Of a DNA stretch of 64,000 nt, positions 53,846 to 64,000 are shown in pieces. The position numbers and the translations under genes were made by a program. This DNA comes from Chamaesiphon sp. (GTDB lineage: Bacteria > Cyanobacteriota > Cyanobacteriia > Cyanobacteriales > Chamaesiphonaceae): the NCBI GenBank assembly GCA_965246715.1, contig CBDFFH010000020.1, forward strand, positions 64,001 through 128,000, read 5' to 3'. Position 1 is the stretch's first letter. Every line of letters starts with the position of its first letter. The notes under the pieces are model-generated. The model saw only the letters and a list, made by a program, of their open reading frames with translations. It was not told the DNA's origin and did not search any database.

Positions 53846-54469
53846 ATGAAAACTCCATCGATTCAATTATCTCTAGCAGGAGATCGACGATTGATTCGTC
53901 TTACTCAAGCAACAGCAATAATTGCTTATCATCAATTTTCTAGTGTTAATCCTAGATATTTGATGGGAAAAATAAGATCTTTCAATAGTAAAGATCGCCT
54001 TTTGTACAATCTATGGAATTCCTCCTACTTTACTATCCTAGATCGGCAAGATATTAGAACTATCGAATCCGAATTAAATCGGCAAATTATCGATAATAGC
54101 TTGTGCTTAGTGGAAAATGAAGGTAAATTATTTGATGGCAATACAAATGCAGTAGATATTTGTAAAGGCTCTATCCCTAGTAGTTATATCTTCCGTTATG
54201 GCATGAAGTTTACGGTAGAACCCATTGTCAAAAGCAAAATGCTTGGCATGAAAAATCTAGATCTATTTTGGCAAGATCGAGATTTTAATTTTCACTATGT
54301 TCGTTATTGTGGTTTACTATCCTCTCCCCGCCAACAGCAGGTAAAATTACGATTTTGCCATCCTCTAGACTTGTTGAAAATCTGGACTTGTACTGTAGCT
54401 GAGTTTCAACCTCGACAAATTCTGATGATTCAAAAAATCTATCCATGCAAAGGATTCTACTTGAAATAG
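53846..54469 (+). CDS. hypothetical protein abutting the upstream gene
   Basis: 207 aa; TAA-ATG junction. Confidence 0.6.
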   Translation: MKTPSIQLSLAGDRRLIRLTQATAIIAYHQFSSVNPRYLMGKIRSFNSKDRLLYNLWNSSYFTILDRQDIRTIESELNRQIIDNSLCLVENEGKLFDGNTNAVDICKGSIPSSYIFRYGMKFTVEPIVKSKMLGMKNLDLFWQDRDFNFHYVRYCGLLSSPRQQQVKLRFCHPLDLLKIWTCTVAEFQPRQILMIQKIYPCKGFYLK

Positions 54470-54506
54470 ATTGAGTACTACAACTCTCGATCGAGATTCC
54501 GTAGAT

Positions 54507-57500
54507 CTATGTTTGGACGGCTCCTAATCCAGTCAGAGTGGCTTGCTGCGCGATCGTCAATCCTGTTGCACCCTGAATATTCATGCCCTCATACAATCGA
54601 TCGGCTCTGAGGGTTTTGAGACACTCACCCGTGCTGACATCCCACAGTTTAATCGTCTCATCCTGACTCCCACTCGCCAGCATCCGACCATCTGGGCTAA
54701 AGCTGAGGGAATAAATAGAGCCAATGTGTCCCTGCAATATATGTAGGCAGCGACCATCTCGCACGTTCCATAAGCGAATCGAACCATCGAAACTACTGCT
54801 GGCAAGAGTTTGACCGTCAGGGCTAAATCTCACCGACCAGATACTACCCACATGACCGTTGAGGACATGTATGCAGAGATCGCTAGACAGATCCCAGAGC
54901 CTCACCTCCCCGTCAAAATGTCCGCTGGCGATGAGGCGATTGTTTGGACTGAATCGGACAGAATAGATGCCACTGGGCGTATCTAGTACCTTGATACACC
55001 GACCGTCTGACACGTTCCATAGTCGCACGGTGGTATCTTGACTACCGCTGGCAAGCGTTTTTCCATCTGGACTGAAGCTAGCCGACCAAATCCAACCAGT
55101 ATGACCCGCTAAAACTTGCAAACACCGACCATCTGACACGTTCCAGAGTCGCACGGTGGTGTCTTGACTGCTGCTGGCAAGCATTTTTCCGTCTGGACTG
55201 AAATTGGTCGAATAAATACCACCGTCATGACCTGGCAATACATGTAAGCACCGACCATCTGCCACATGCCACAGTCGCACGGTTTGGTCGTTACTGCCAC
55301 TGGCTAAAATCTGACGATGAGGATTCCAGCTCACCGTCCAGACCCAATCAGTATGACCTGTCAACACTTTGAGGCATCGATCTCGATCCCACAGCCGAAT
55401 CGAACAGTCTAAGCTGCCACTCGCAAGCATCTGACCATCAGGGCTGAAACTCACTGAGTGAATGCCACCTGAATTTCCCTGGAGGACTCTGAGGCACCGA
55501 CCGTCTGCCACATTCCACAGGCGAACGGATAGATCGTTGCTGCCACTAGCGAGGATCTGACCGTCGGGGCTAAAGCAGACCGTCCACACCCAGCTCGAAC
55601 CATCATGCAGAATATCGATACATCGATCGCTGAAAATATCCCACAACCGAATCGAGCCATCCCAACTGCCACTAGCGAGGATCTGACCGTTGGGACTAAA
55701 GCTCACCGAGTAAACCCAGCCAGTGTGACCCAGGAAGGTCTTGATACATTGCCCAGCGGCGACATCCCACAGCCGCACCGAACCATCCGCACCGCCGCTA
55801 GCGAGGATCTGACCGTCAGGACTAAAACTGACCGAGATGACTCCACCCTCATGCCCCAGCAAGGTCTTAATACATTGCCCAGAGGCGACATCCCACAGGC
55901 GAATGGTCGCATCATCACCACCACTAGCGATCGTTTGACTGATGCCGGAGTTAACACCAACAGGACTCAAGCTCATCGTCCACACCCACCCAGTATGCCC
56001 CAACAAGGTGTTGATACATCGACCGGAAGCAACATCCCACACTCGCACGATCGCATCATCGCCGCAACTGGCAAGGGTGCGACCATCATGGCTAAAATTA
56101 ACCGCTCGCACGCCATTCGTCTGTCCCTGGAAGGTTTTCAGACACCGACCGGAGGCGAGATCCCATAAGTGAATGGCCGAGTCCTCACTGCCACTGACTA
56201 GCATCTGACCGCTCGCCGACGGCAGATCGACCCCAACGGGGCTGAAGTTGACCGAGTAGACCCAACTGCGATGCCCTTGCAGTGTCAAAAGCTGTTTGCC
56301 ATCTACCACCTGCCACAAGCGGATCTTACCATCGGCATCGCCTGTAACCAATCGATCGCCATCGGGACTAAAAGCTAATGAAGTAACGCAACTGAAAGTC
56401 TCGGCAAACACCGATTTGGCAAGATCGGTATTGCGAAGATTTACTCCTACCAAGTTGGCTTGGCGTAGGTCGGCTTGCCATAAAGATAGTTCGGAAAAGT
56501 CCCAGCCACGTAAATCGGCTTGTAAATGGATGAGGAGGTTGAGGAGGTTTCCGGCCAGATAATTCGACTGAGGTGCTTGTTGTTGCCGCTCCAGCATGGC
56601 TTTCAACTGCTGTTCGATCGCTTGAGGATGCCCGAACTGAAGCGTTAAATCTTCAACGATCGATCTCCCGATTAACCGCTCTTGCATCTGGCGGATGTAG
56701 TCTTTTGCCTGAGCTTTGACGCTCGCGTGCAGCTTTAATTGTGTTGGTGTTTGCGTGGTAATTTCTGCAACGATACAGCGGACGAATCGATCGGTAATAT
56801 ATTCCAACACTACAGGCTGAAGCGAGAACCGTTCGGCTTCTTTTTCGATTAACGATCGCCGCAACAACGACTGAATCGTATTTGGGAGTTGACGTTTGGA
56901 GGTAGTAGTGAGAAGGTCTTCACTTAATTCAAACAATGAAACAGGCTCGCGGTTAATCGCCAACCAAAAGATAATTTCCCGTTCGAGTTCCGACAATCGC
57001 TCGAATTGTCGCTCAAGTAGGTCTCGAATGTCATCAAAGATCAACATCCCCTGTCCGACATAATTTAAAACCTCGATAATTCTGCCATTAAACAGTTCTT
57101 GAGTTGTCGCTGCTACCAGCTTTAGTGCCAAGGGATTGCCACCATAATGAGCGATTAAAGTTTCCCATTCAGATTCTGTCCCCGTAAATTTTCCTTGATA
57201 CCGAAACAGTTCTCTGCCTGTTTCTGAGTTAAGTCCCTTGAGCAATAATGTTTTTACCGATCGATCCGCACCTTCGAGCGGCACGATCTCTTTAGGCTTT
57301 TCGCGGCTGGTAAGTAACAAACAACTCTGATGAGCTACCTCGCCAATCTCCTTGAATAGTTGCCCGTAGCCTTCATAACCCGATCGATATTGTCCGGTTT
57401 GTCCGGCACTGAGGATCGTCTCAGCATTGTCTAGAATCAGCAGACAGCGCGAGGATCGTAAGCCCTCCATCAGCTTAACCATTCTGGCATCTAAGCTGTT

Positions 57501-58124
57501 GGGTAGTGCGATATCCTCTCCGAGTGCCCGCAATAACAAGGGCAGTACGCTCTCTAACCACTCTTCAAACGGTGGGGCGTTTTGGAGCGATCTCCATACC
57601 ACTACCTCAAACTCCGATCCAATTTCCCGTATCAGTTTCGCGGCTAATGTGCTTTTGCCCATCCCACCAATTCCCAGAAGTAGGACTAGACGACACTGTT
57701 CCTCTATTACCCATCGCTTGAGCTGCATGATGTCTTCATGCCGTCCACAGAAGATCGAAGTATCGATAATAGCGTTTCCACAATCTGTCTGGGGTTGATG
57801 CGATCGATTTTCATGCTGGGAGGCTTCGCCAACGATTATCTCCTCATCATTATTTGGTCGAGTATAATCGCTTTTGCTTAACTCCAATCCAAAGGCGCGG
57901 AATGCCCACTGTAATGATTGCTTATCTACAGGTTCCGATCGTCCTAACAGTTTGGCGATCGTATTGAGGGATAATCCCATCCGTTCGCTGAGTTCTTCGA
58001 GCGTAAATCGATCTCCGGCATTCTCAGCCAACTCCGCCCGTACTTTTGCCGTTTGAAATTTGTCCCAACCCTGCGCTGTCAGAATGACTCCTCTGTAGCG
58101 TTTAGCTTTTTGTAGTTGCATCAA
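54507..58124 (-). CDS. HTH + NB-ARC/STAND NTPase + WD40 repeat protein
   Basis: [28 protein letters not shown], pentapeptide linker, about 14 WD repeats. Confidence 0.95.
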   Translation of the reverse strand: MMQLQKAKRYRGVILTAQGWDKFQTAKVRAELAENAGDRFTLEELSERMGLSLNTIAKLLGRSEPVDKQSLQWAFRAFGLELSKSDYTRPNNDEEIIVGEASQHENRSHQPQTDCGNAIIDTSIFCGRHEDIMQLKRWVIEEQCRLVLLLGIGGMGKSTLAAKLIREIGSEFEVVVWRSLQNAPPFEEWLESVLPLLLRALGEDIALPNSLDARMVKLMEGLRSSRCLLILDNAETILSAGQTGQYRSGYEGYGQLFKEIGEVAHQSCLLLTSREKPKEIVPLEGADRSVKTLLLKGLNSETGRELFRYQGKFTGTESEWETLIAHYGGNPLALKLVAATTQELFNGRIIEVLNYVGQGMLIFDDIRDLLERQFERLSELEREIIFWLAINREPVSLFELSEDLLTTTSKRQLPNTIQSLLRRSLIEKEAERFSLQPVVLEYITDRFVRCIVAEITTQTPTQLKLHASVKAQAKDYIRQMQERLIGRSIVEDLTLQFGHPQAIEQQLKAMLERQQQAPQSNYLAGNLLNLLIHLQADLRGWDFSELSLWQADLRQANLVGVNLRNTDLAKSVFAETFSCVTSLAFSPDGDRLVTGDADGKIRLWQVVDGKQLLTLQGHRSWVYSVNFSPVGVDLPSASGQMLVSGSEDSAIHLWDLASGRCLKTFQGQTNGVRAVNFSHDGRTLASCGDDAIVRVWDVASGRCINTLLGHTGWVWTMSLSPVGVNSGISQTIASGGDDATIRLWDVASGQCIKTLLGHEGGVISVSFSPDGQILASGGADGSVRLWDVAAGQCIKTFLGHTGWVYSVSFSPNGQILASGSWDGSIRLWDIFSDRCIDILHDGSSWVWTVCFSPDGQILASGSNDLSVRLWNVADGRCLRVLQGNSGGIHSVSFSPDGQMLASGSLDCSIRLWDRDRCLKVLTGHTDWVWTVSWNPHRQILASGSNDQTVRLWHVADGRCLHVLPGHDGGIYSTNFSPDGKMLASSSQDTTVRLWNVSDGRCLQVLAGHTGWIWSASFSPDGKTLASGSQDTTVRLWNVSDGRCIKVLDTPSGIYSVRFSPNNRLIASGHFDGEVRLWDLSSDLCIHVLNGHVGSIWSVRFSPDGQTLASSSFDGSIRLWNVRDGRCLHILQGHIGSIYSLSFSPDGRMLASGSQDETIKLWDVSTGECLKTLRADRLYEGMNIQGATGLTIAQQATLTGLGAVQT
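57809..57832 (-). repeat. micro-element family A
   Basis: CG^TTGGCGAAGCCTCCCAGCATGAAA^ATCG. Confidence 0.88.
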
Positions 58125-58395
58125 GTCACCCAGAACGAGGACATTGCCTATCTAAAGTATAGATGCTCGACCCTCAAAACAAAGCTTAACTTGAGCTTAT
58201 CTTCACACCTATCTTGGGAAACTTGACTGGTTTAAATTAGGCAAATGCTCAAAACTAAGCATAGTTCGCATTAAATCATTAATCGATCGCCTGATTCGGA
58301 TCGACTTAGTAGAAATAACGATCGATCGAAGCTTGTCACAAGAAACAATGGTGTTTCGTCTTATTTTATAGAATGCTTGAGAGGGTTCTTTGAAT

Positions 58396-59004
58396 ATGAA
58401 TGAAAAGAAAGCGTTAACAGACCACCCGATTCATGAATTTCTAGCAGAACGCTGGAGTCCTTATGCCTTTAAGGATCGATCTGTTTCTCAGTCCGATCTG
58501 TGCTCGTTATTCGAGGCGGCGCGGTGGTCAGCATCATCCTACAACGAGCAACCTTGGAGTTATATCGTCGCCACCAAGGAAAATCCCGACCAGTTTCAAC
58601 AACTGCTATCTTGCTTAGTCGAAGGAAATCAATTTTGGGCAAAAGATGCTCCAGTGCTAGCTCTGGGCATTGCCAGCCACAAATTTGCGCGGAATGGCGA
58701 AGATAATCGATCGGCTATTCACGACCTCGGACTTGCCACTGGCAATTTAGTCTTAGAAGCGACCGCACGAGAGCTTTGCGTCCATCAAATGATTGGCATC
58801 TTACCTGAGAAAGCCCGCGAAATCTTCGATATACCTACAGATTCTGAGGCATGGACGGGGATCGCGATTGGTTATCGAGGCGATCCGATGACACTGCCAG
58901 ATGCCCTCAAAGAGCGCGATTTAGCACCAAGACAACGGAAGCCGCTAGCACAATTTGTATTTACTGGGAAATGGGGTAAGGCATCAACATTGGTGTTGAA
59001 GTAA
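58396..59004 (+). CDS. nitroreductase family protein
   Basis: ERWSPYAF, ASSYNEQPW, RQRKPL. Confidence 0.92.
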   Translation: MNEKKALTDHPIHEFLAERWSPYAFKDRSVSQSDLCSLFEAARWSASSYNEQPWSYIVATKENPDQFQQLLSCLVEGNQFWAKDAPVLALGIASHKFARNGEDNRSAIHDLGLATGNLVLEATARELCVHQMIGILPEKAREIFDIPTDSEAWTGIAIGYRGDPMTLPDALKERDLAPRQRKPLAQFVFTGKWGKASTLVLK

Positions 59005-59188
59005 TTATCTCTAAACAGACTAATTCAACAGGAGGGAAATAATCAAATTAACTCTCTAGAAATTGTCAATCGAGCTTATATTTACCTAAATAAAAAAGAT
59101 ATCCCTAATTACTTTTCATTTTGGAAGTTTAGATCGACACAAATGTGATGAATGCGGCACTAACCCCAACTTAATCGGAGGTTTGCAG

Positions 59189-60124
59189 ATGAAGATTTTT
59201 GTAGCAGGCGCGACGGGCGCGATCGGTCGTCCGCTCATTGTCGAATTATTGAAGCACGGATATCAAGTATCTGCGCTCACCCGTTCGCTAGCAAAGGCAC
59301 GAAGTTTAACCGAATTAGGCGTGGAACCAGCGATCGCTGATGTCTTCGATCCAGCAGCAGTCGGAACTGCAATCGCCCACATTCAGCCAGAGGTAGTCAT
59401 CGAACAACTCACCGCTCTGCCCAAAACCTATACTGGCGAGTCGATGAGTGCAGCCGCAGCCTTGAATGCACGCATCCGGCTCGAAGGTGGGGGTAATGTA
59501 TTGGCAGCAGCACAAGCGCATGGCGTGCGGCGTTATTTGAGACAGTCTATTGCCTTCTGGGGAAGTCCTGGCGCAGGGTTGGCAGATGAAGCAACACCTT
59601 TAGCCATAGCAGCTTCGCCCGCAGTTGCAGCAGATGCTCGCACGGTGACTGAAATCGAGCACCGACTGCTCAAAATTCCCCATCTCGAAGGGATCGTCCT
59701 CCGCTATGGCTTCTTGTACGGTTCTGGTACTTGGTTTTCTCCCGATGGCGATGTTGCCGCCCAAGTGCGACAGCAACAGTTCCCGATCGTGGGGAATGGG
59801 GCAGGCGTGTGGTCGTGGGTTCACATTGAGGATGCGGCGATCGCTACGGTTGCAGCAGTAGAACGAGGTAATCCAGGCATTTACCTCATCGCGGACGATC
59901 GCCCCTTGGCAGTACGCGAATGGCTGCCAGCTTTTGCCCGATCGATTCAGGCACCCCCACCGCCCCAAGTATCGGTTGAGGCTGTGCTGCAAATCGGTGG
60001 TGCGGATGCTGTTTATTACGGTACTCAGATGCGCGGGGTATCGAATGCCAAGGCAAAACGCGAACTTAATTTTCAGCCGAGATCGTTGGCATGGTTAGAA
60101 ACTGCCGCTGTCTGTAACATTTAA
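59189..60124 (+). CDS. NAD-dependent epimerase/dehydratase family protein
   Basis: VAGATGAIG, LRYGFLYG, SNAKAKRELNF. Confidence 0.9.
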   Translation: MKIFVAGATGAIGRPLIVELLKHGYQVSALTRSLAKARSLTELGVEPAIADVFDPAAVGTAIAHIQPEVVIEQLTALPKTYTGESMSAAAALNARIRLEGGGNVLAAAQAHGVRRYLRQSIAFWGSPGAGLADEATPLAIAASPAVAADARTVTEIEHRLLKIPHLEGIVLRYGFLYGSGTWFSPDGDVAAQVRQQQFPIVGNGAGVWSWVHIEDAAIATVAAVERGNPGIYLIADDRPLAVREWLPAFARSIQAPPPPQVSVEAVLQIGGADAVYYGTQMRGVSNAKAKRELNFQPRSLAWLETAAVCNI

Positions 60125-60224
60125 CCGATCGATATTTCAACCTGATTCAATCGCAGCCGTGAGGCAGCGGCGAAGCACGTCTCATTTCTCGACAGTTGAG
60201 GTTTATCGCTCAGGACGAACAAAG

Positions 60225-60632
60225 ATGAAGATTGCTATCTACGGAACCACGATCGTCGTCATCCACGCGATCGTCAACGGACTACATGGTCTATCACATG
60301 CGGAAATTCCCGTTCCTCTCTCTCTGCTTCAGAGTCTATTTGTCGGGATTGCGATCTTTCCGCTGCCGATCGTCGCCGCCATTTTACTGTGGACACCGTT
60401 TTACCGGATTGGTAGCTGGCTCTTACTAGTTGCAATGGCTAGCTCGCTCCTGTTCGGATTCTACAATCATTACCTGGTCGTTAGCCCAGACCATGTATCG
60501 CAAGTTTCCTTTGCAGGTTGGGGTCTACTATTCCAAGTCACCGCTTTGCTCGTATTTCTTGTGGATGGATTAGGCTGCTGGATTGGGATCTGGGCATTGA
60601 AAACAATTCAGCAACCGGAGGGTGTCGGATGA
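60225..60632 (+). CDS. His-containing membrane protein
   Basis: Four transmembrane segments, HGLSH, NHY, SPDH; ATGA overlap with the sigma factor gene. Confidence 0.75.
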   Translation: MKIAIYGTTIVVIHAIVNGLHGLSHAEIPVPLSLLQSLFVGIAIFPLPIVAAILLWTPFYRIGSWLLLVAMASSLLFGFYNHYLVVSPDHVSQVSFAGWGLLFQVTALLVFLVDGLGCWIGIWALKTIQQPEGVG

Positions 60633-61507
60633 ATTCTCTCGAAGATTTTAACCACCATCGTCCACTCCTGTTCTCGATCGCCTACCGAATGCTCGGCACT
60701 GTCACCGATGCTGAGGATATGGTGCAGGAAACATTTCTCCGCTGGCAACAGACGACAAGCGAAACGGTACGTTCGGCAAAGACTTATCTGACCAGCATTA
60801 TCACACACCTCTGTATCGACCACATGCGATCGGCGCGCGTGCGACGCGAACAATATGTCGGCACCTGGCTACCAGAACCGATGCTAACGCAGGAATCCGG
60901 TAATCCAGCCGATCTCATCGAATTAGCCGACTCGCTCTCGATCGCCTTTCTGATGGTACTAGAGCAGTTATCGCCGATCGAACGCGCGGTATTTCTACTC
61001 CGCGATGTATTCGATTATGACTATGACGAAATTAGTCCGATGGTTGGTAAAAGCCCCACCAACTGTCGCCAAATTCTCAAACGGGCAAAACAGCACCTCA
61101 CCGCACAACGTCCGCGTTTTCCAGTCTCACAGCAGCAGCAAGCACAGATTACAACCCAATTTTTAGATGCTTCCACCAATGGCGATTTACCAGATTTGCT
61201 ACTGTTGCTCGCCAAAGATGTAACGTTTTTGTCGGATGGCGGGGGTGAGGTTGTTGCAACTATTAAACCAATTCATGGAGCAGCAAAAATAGCACGGATG
61301 TTGTTAGCAATTCGTCGTAAATGGCTGTTTAATTCTGTGTCTCATTTAGCTGAAATTAATGGACAGGCTGGCATTGTTCGATACCTAAATGGCAATATCT
61401 ACAGCGCGACCACACTAGAAATCGTCGATGGTTATATTCACTCCATTTACTGTGTGCGAAATCCTCAAAAGCTAGAGCGGATTTACCAAGAACTATCTTT
61501 AAAGTAG
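60629..61507 (+). CDS. ECF41 (SigJ-like) sigma factor with SnoaL-like C-terminus
   Basis: AYRMLG..DAED, YVGTWLPEP, SDGGG, VRNPQKL. Confidence 0.92.
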   Translation: MNSLEDFNHHRPLLFSIAYRMLGTVTDAEDMVQETFLRWQQTTSETVRSAKTYLTSIITHLCIDHMRSARVRREQYVGTWLPEPMLTQESGNPADLIELADSLSIAFLMVLEQLSPIERAVFLLRDVFDYDYDEISPMVGKSPTNCRQILKRAKQHLTAQRPRFPVSQQQQAQITTQFLDASTNGDLPDLLLLLAKDVTFLSDGGGEVVATIKPIHGAAKIARMLLAIRRKWLFNSVSHLAEINGQAGIVRYLNGNIYSATTLEIVDGYIHSIYCVRNPQKLERIYQELSLK

Positions 61508-61689
61508 CGATCGTAATCCGTCTCAAATCGAGCCAATCGTCAGATTTTTCATCGATTTCATGCTTAGTCAAAACGAGCGATTCTATTCTCATTCTATCAC
61601 CGTTGGTGATAGCCTGCCGTTAAGCACAGCATCTACCTTAGCAGAGAAGCTACACCAACAAAATTTTATTAAACAATGAGGTTTTAATT

Positions 61690-62067
61690 ATGAAATTACG
61701 TCTAGTTTGGATTTTCATCAGCGTGATATTTATGTGTTTTCTATTTTCACCACCAGCCTTTTCCGCAGCTACCCAATGTGGAATCCATAAAGGAGATGGC
61801 TGGCGATGTGCCAAAGACAATTATCAAGCTGACACGATCCGAATCGGCAATGAGTCAACTCAGTCTGTCTCTTTTAAAGTCGGCATCTGGACTAGCACTT
61901 GTGGCAAAAAAGGATCTGAAATATCTAATAATAGTTTTTCTGTCGGATCGAGATCTTTTACCACAGTTCCATTGATTGCAGCTAAAGCTAATCAGTGCGT
62001 GGAAATGTTTGTTTATGATTGCTCGACAGATGCCTGTTCAAAAGTTCTTTCCGCCCATACACTTTAG
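61690..62067 (+). CDS. small secreted Cys-rich protein
   Basis: Signal peptide ending PAFSA; six Cys in the mature part; GAGG RBS. Confidence 0.75.
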   Translation: MKLRLVWIFISVIFMCFLFSPPAFSAATQCGIHKGDGWRCAKDNYQADTIRIGNESTQSVSFKVGIWTSTCGKKGSEISNNSFSVGSRSFTTVPLIAAKANQCVEMFVYDCSTDACSKVLSAHTL

Positions 62068-62123
62068 CAAAAATGCCAACCTCGATCGAGCCTATTTCAG
62101 CGATCGCTAGACCATGACTCGAT

Positions 62124-62147
62124 TCTCATTCTGAGAGGCTTCGCCAA
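62124..62147 (-). repeat. micro-element family A
   Basis: CG^TTGGCGAAGCCTCTCAGAATGAGA^ATCG. Confidence 0.92.
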
Positions 62148-62208
62148 CGAGAAATAATTGTATTTCCAAAGTAGATTTACACATCATTTTCTAAATAGGA
62201 GCATCAAA

Positions 62209-63057
62209 ATGTTACCTAATAATCATCCGCCAATCGTATTTATTCACGGACTCTGGCTGCATGGCGAATCTTGGCACAAGTGGCTAAATTTCTTCCATCA
62301 ACACGGTTACGACGCGATCGCTGCCACTTGGCCAGGAGATGGGGATACCACCGCAGCAACTCGCCAGAACGCCAATGCTCTCGCAGGTTATGGCGTGACC
62401 GAGATTGCCAACCATATCGCCAAACAGCTCCAACAGTTCCAGCAACAGCCGATCCTCATCGGTCACTCTTTCGGTGGAATTCTCGCTCAAAACCTGCTGG
62501 GACGCAACCTTGCCGCCGCAGCAATCGCGATCGATCCTGCCCCGATTAAGGGCGTACCTGAGTTGCCTTTCTCAGCACTCAAATCGGCCTTCCCAGTGCT
62601 GGGAAATCCTTGCAACTTTAAACTAGCTGTATCCCTGACCGAGCAACAGTTTCGCTTCAGTTTCACCAATGCTGTTTCCAGACAGGAAGCCAGAGAACTG
62701 TACGAAATGTATGCAATTCCTGCTCCAGGGAAACCGCTATTCCAAGCGGCTACGGCAATGTTCAACCCCAACTCAGCGGTGAAGATCGATGTCGCCAACC
62801 CGACTCGCGGCCCACTATTGCTGATATCGGGCGCAAAGGACAACACAGTCCCGCCTGTAATCGTCAAGAGTACGCTCAAACTGTATCGCAGGTCGCCAGC
62901 CGTGACAGATTTCCAAGAATTCGCAGGTCGCGGTCACTCGTTGACGATCGACAGCGGTTGGCGGGAAATTGCCGAATCTTGTCTAGACTGGCTGGATTCT
63001 CAGCGACTGAAATCGAAGATCGAAATGCGATCGCTCACATCTTGCACCAGTACATAA
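62209..63057 (+). CDS. alpha/beta hydrolase
   Basis: IHGLW, GHSFGG, DNTV, GRGHSL. Confidence 0.9.
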   Translation: MLPNNHPPIVFIHGLWLHGESWHKWLNFFHQHGYDAIAATWPGDGDTTAATRQNANALAGYGVTEIANHIAKQLQQFQQQPILIGHSFGGILAQNLLGRNLAAAAIAIDPAPIKGVPELPFSALKSAFPVLGNPCNFKLAVSLTEQQFRFSFTNAVSRQEARELYEMYAIPAPGKPLFQAATAMFNPNSAVKIDVANPTRGPLLLISGAKDNTVPPVIVKSTLKLYRRSPAVTDFQEFAGRGHSLTIDSGWREIAESCLDWLDSQRLKSKIEMRSLTSCTST

Positions 63058-63120
63058 CAACTGATTTTCGCAGGAGTCAAAATATGAGAAAAAGGGCGTG
63101 TAAAAACATTGATGAGAACA

Positions 63121-64000
63121 GTGAATACCATTCTCCCGTACGCCCAATTAATACTCTACACGTTGTTAGAGCTGATGCCCAGTCCCTATCAGAAACTTAG
63201 TCTCCAAGCTAGTTTCGCTCTATTTATGGAACCTAAGAATGGTCAAATGTTACCAGAACATGGGGTGATTAAATCACCTGCGGCTTTGAGCAGATTTTTC
63301 AATGAATATGGGTGGCCAACCAGAGCCGTGATTCGTACGACTCGCCAACATATTTTGAAACAGTTGAGTAATTACACAGCCAAAGGACAAAGACCTTACT
63401 TGCAGGTAATTATCGATCTGACTACATTGGAGAAAAGGGGGAAATTCAAAGCATTTGCAACGTTGATACATATTCTCAACGGTAAGCGAGGACTGCATTT
63501 GGTTGTACTGTACTTAGTCGTTGGACAGTGGAGAATACCTTGGGCGTTCCGTTCCTGGCGTGGTAAAGGCACAACTACTCCTGCTCAATTGGGGCTAAAA
63601 TTGCTCCGCACCTTGCCCAAGAAACTCACTTACCGCTTTCGAGTCCAAGTATTAGCCGATACTGGATTTAGTAGTGTCGAATTCCTCAACGGGGTCAAAA
63701 AACTTCGTCATCAAGCAATTGTTGGTATACCGAATAACCGGAAACTGGCAGATGGGAGACAGATGAAGATGCTAGGCAAGAAGGGTCAACAAGTTAAGCT
63801 ATCAGGTTTAGAGGGCGTGGTTACGGCTTCCTGGTTCTACTTAAAACGGGATGGTAAGTTGGAGAAAAGATTTGTGATTTCGACCCGCGCTCTTAAAGGC
63901 AGTACGATTGCTTGGTGGGGCAGTCGTCGATGGGCAATTGAAGGATTTTTCAAGACTGCTAAATATCGATTTGGGCTGGCTAGCTTCGGTCAACAAACAC
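63121..64000 (+). mobile_element. DDE transposase (IS4/IS701-like), runs off the window edge
   Basis: Not in ORF track; hand translation gives LMPSPYQK...IIDLTTLEK...LADTGF...RRWAIEGFFKTAKYRFGL. Confidence 0.85.

Noticed and set aside
54600..56400. Nucleotide-level ~126-bp periodic repeats
   Set aside because: Explained by WD40 coding repeats.
1..64000. CRISPR array, cas genes, tRNA or rRNA
   Set aside because: No regularly spaced repeat-spacer array and no cas, cloverleaf or rRNA signatures seen; the micro-elements are dispersed, not arrayed.
1..64000. Extreme abundance of CGATCG/GCGATCGC
   Set aside because: Known cyanobacterial HIP1 phenomenon; used only as context.

Overview
Accessory region of a cyanobacterium, possibly plasmid-borne; the assignment is inferred from the very high density of the HIP1 core CGATCG and from cyanobacterial-type gene families. 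It opens with a small backbone-like block (aspartyl protease-like gene, Uma2, tyrosine recombinase). A long mosaic of redox and detoxification genes follows (NmrA, SDR, MDR, GST, nitroreductases, hydrolases, rhodanese, class A beta-lactamase, SBP56) with AraC, LuxR, HxlR and ECF regulators. The window also holds toxin-antitoxin genes, an NB-ARC/WD40 protein and four IS elements: an IS1634 carrying a nested MITE, two ISL3 and a partial DDE element at the right edge. Three things stand out. (1) A ~640-nt non-coding segment (52430-53070) lacks CGATCG, is full of nested helices with plus-strand G-U pairs, and lies directly upstream of two uncharacterised adjacent genes; it is a candidate large ncRNA-protein system. 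(2) More than a dozen small two-hairpin elements, mostly 22-25 nt, are inserted at CG^ATCG with compensatory stem changes; they add 8-aa peptides to some proteins and inactivate others. (3) A promoter-like module embedded in the 3' ends of three AraC paralogs also occurs twice as a free-standing copy. All family assignments come from motif recognition by eye; no searches were run.
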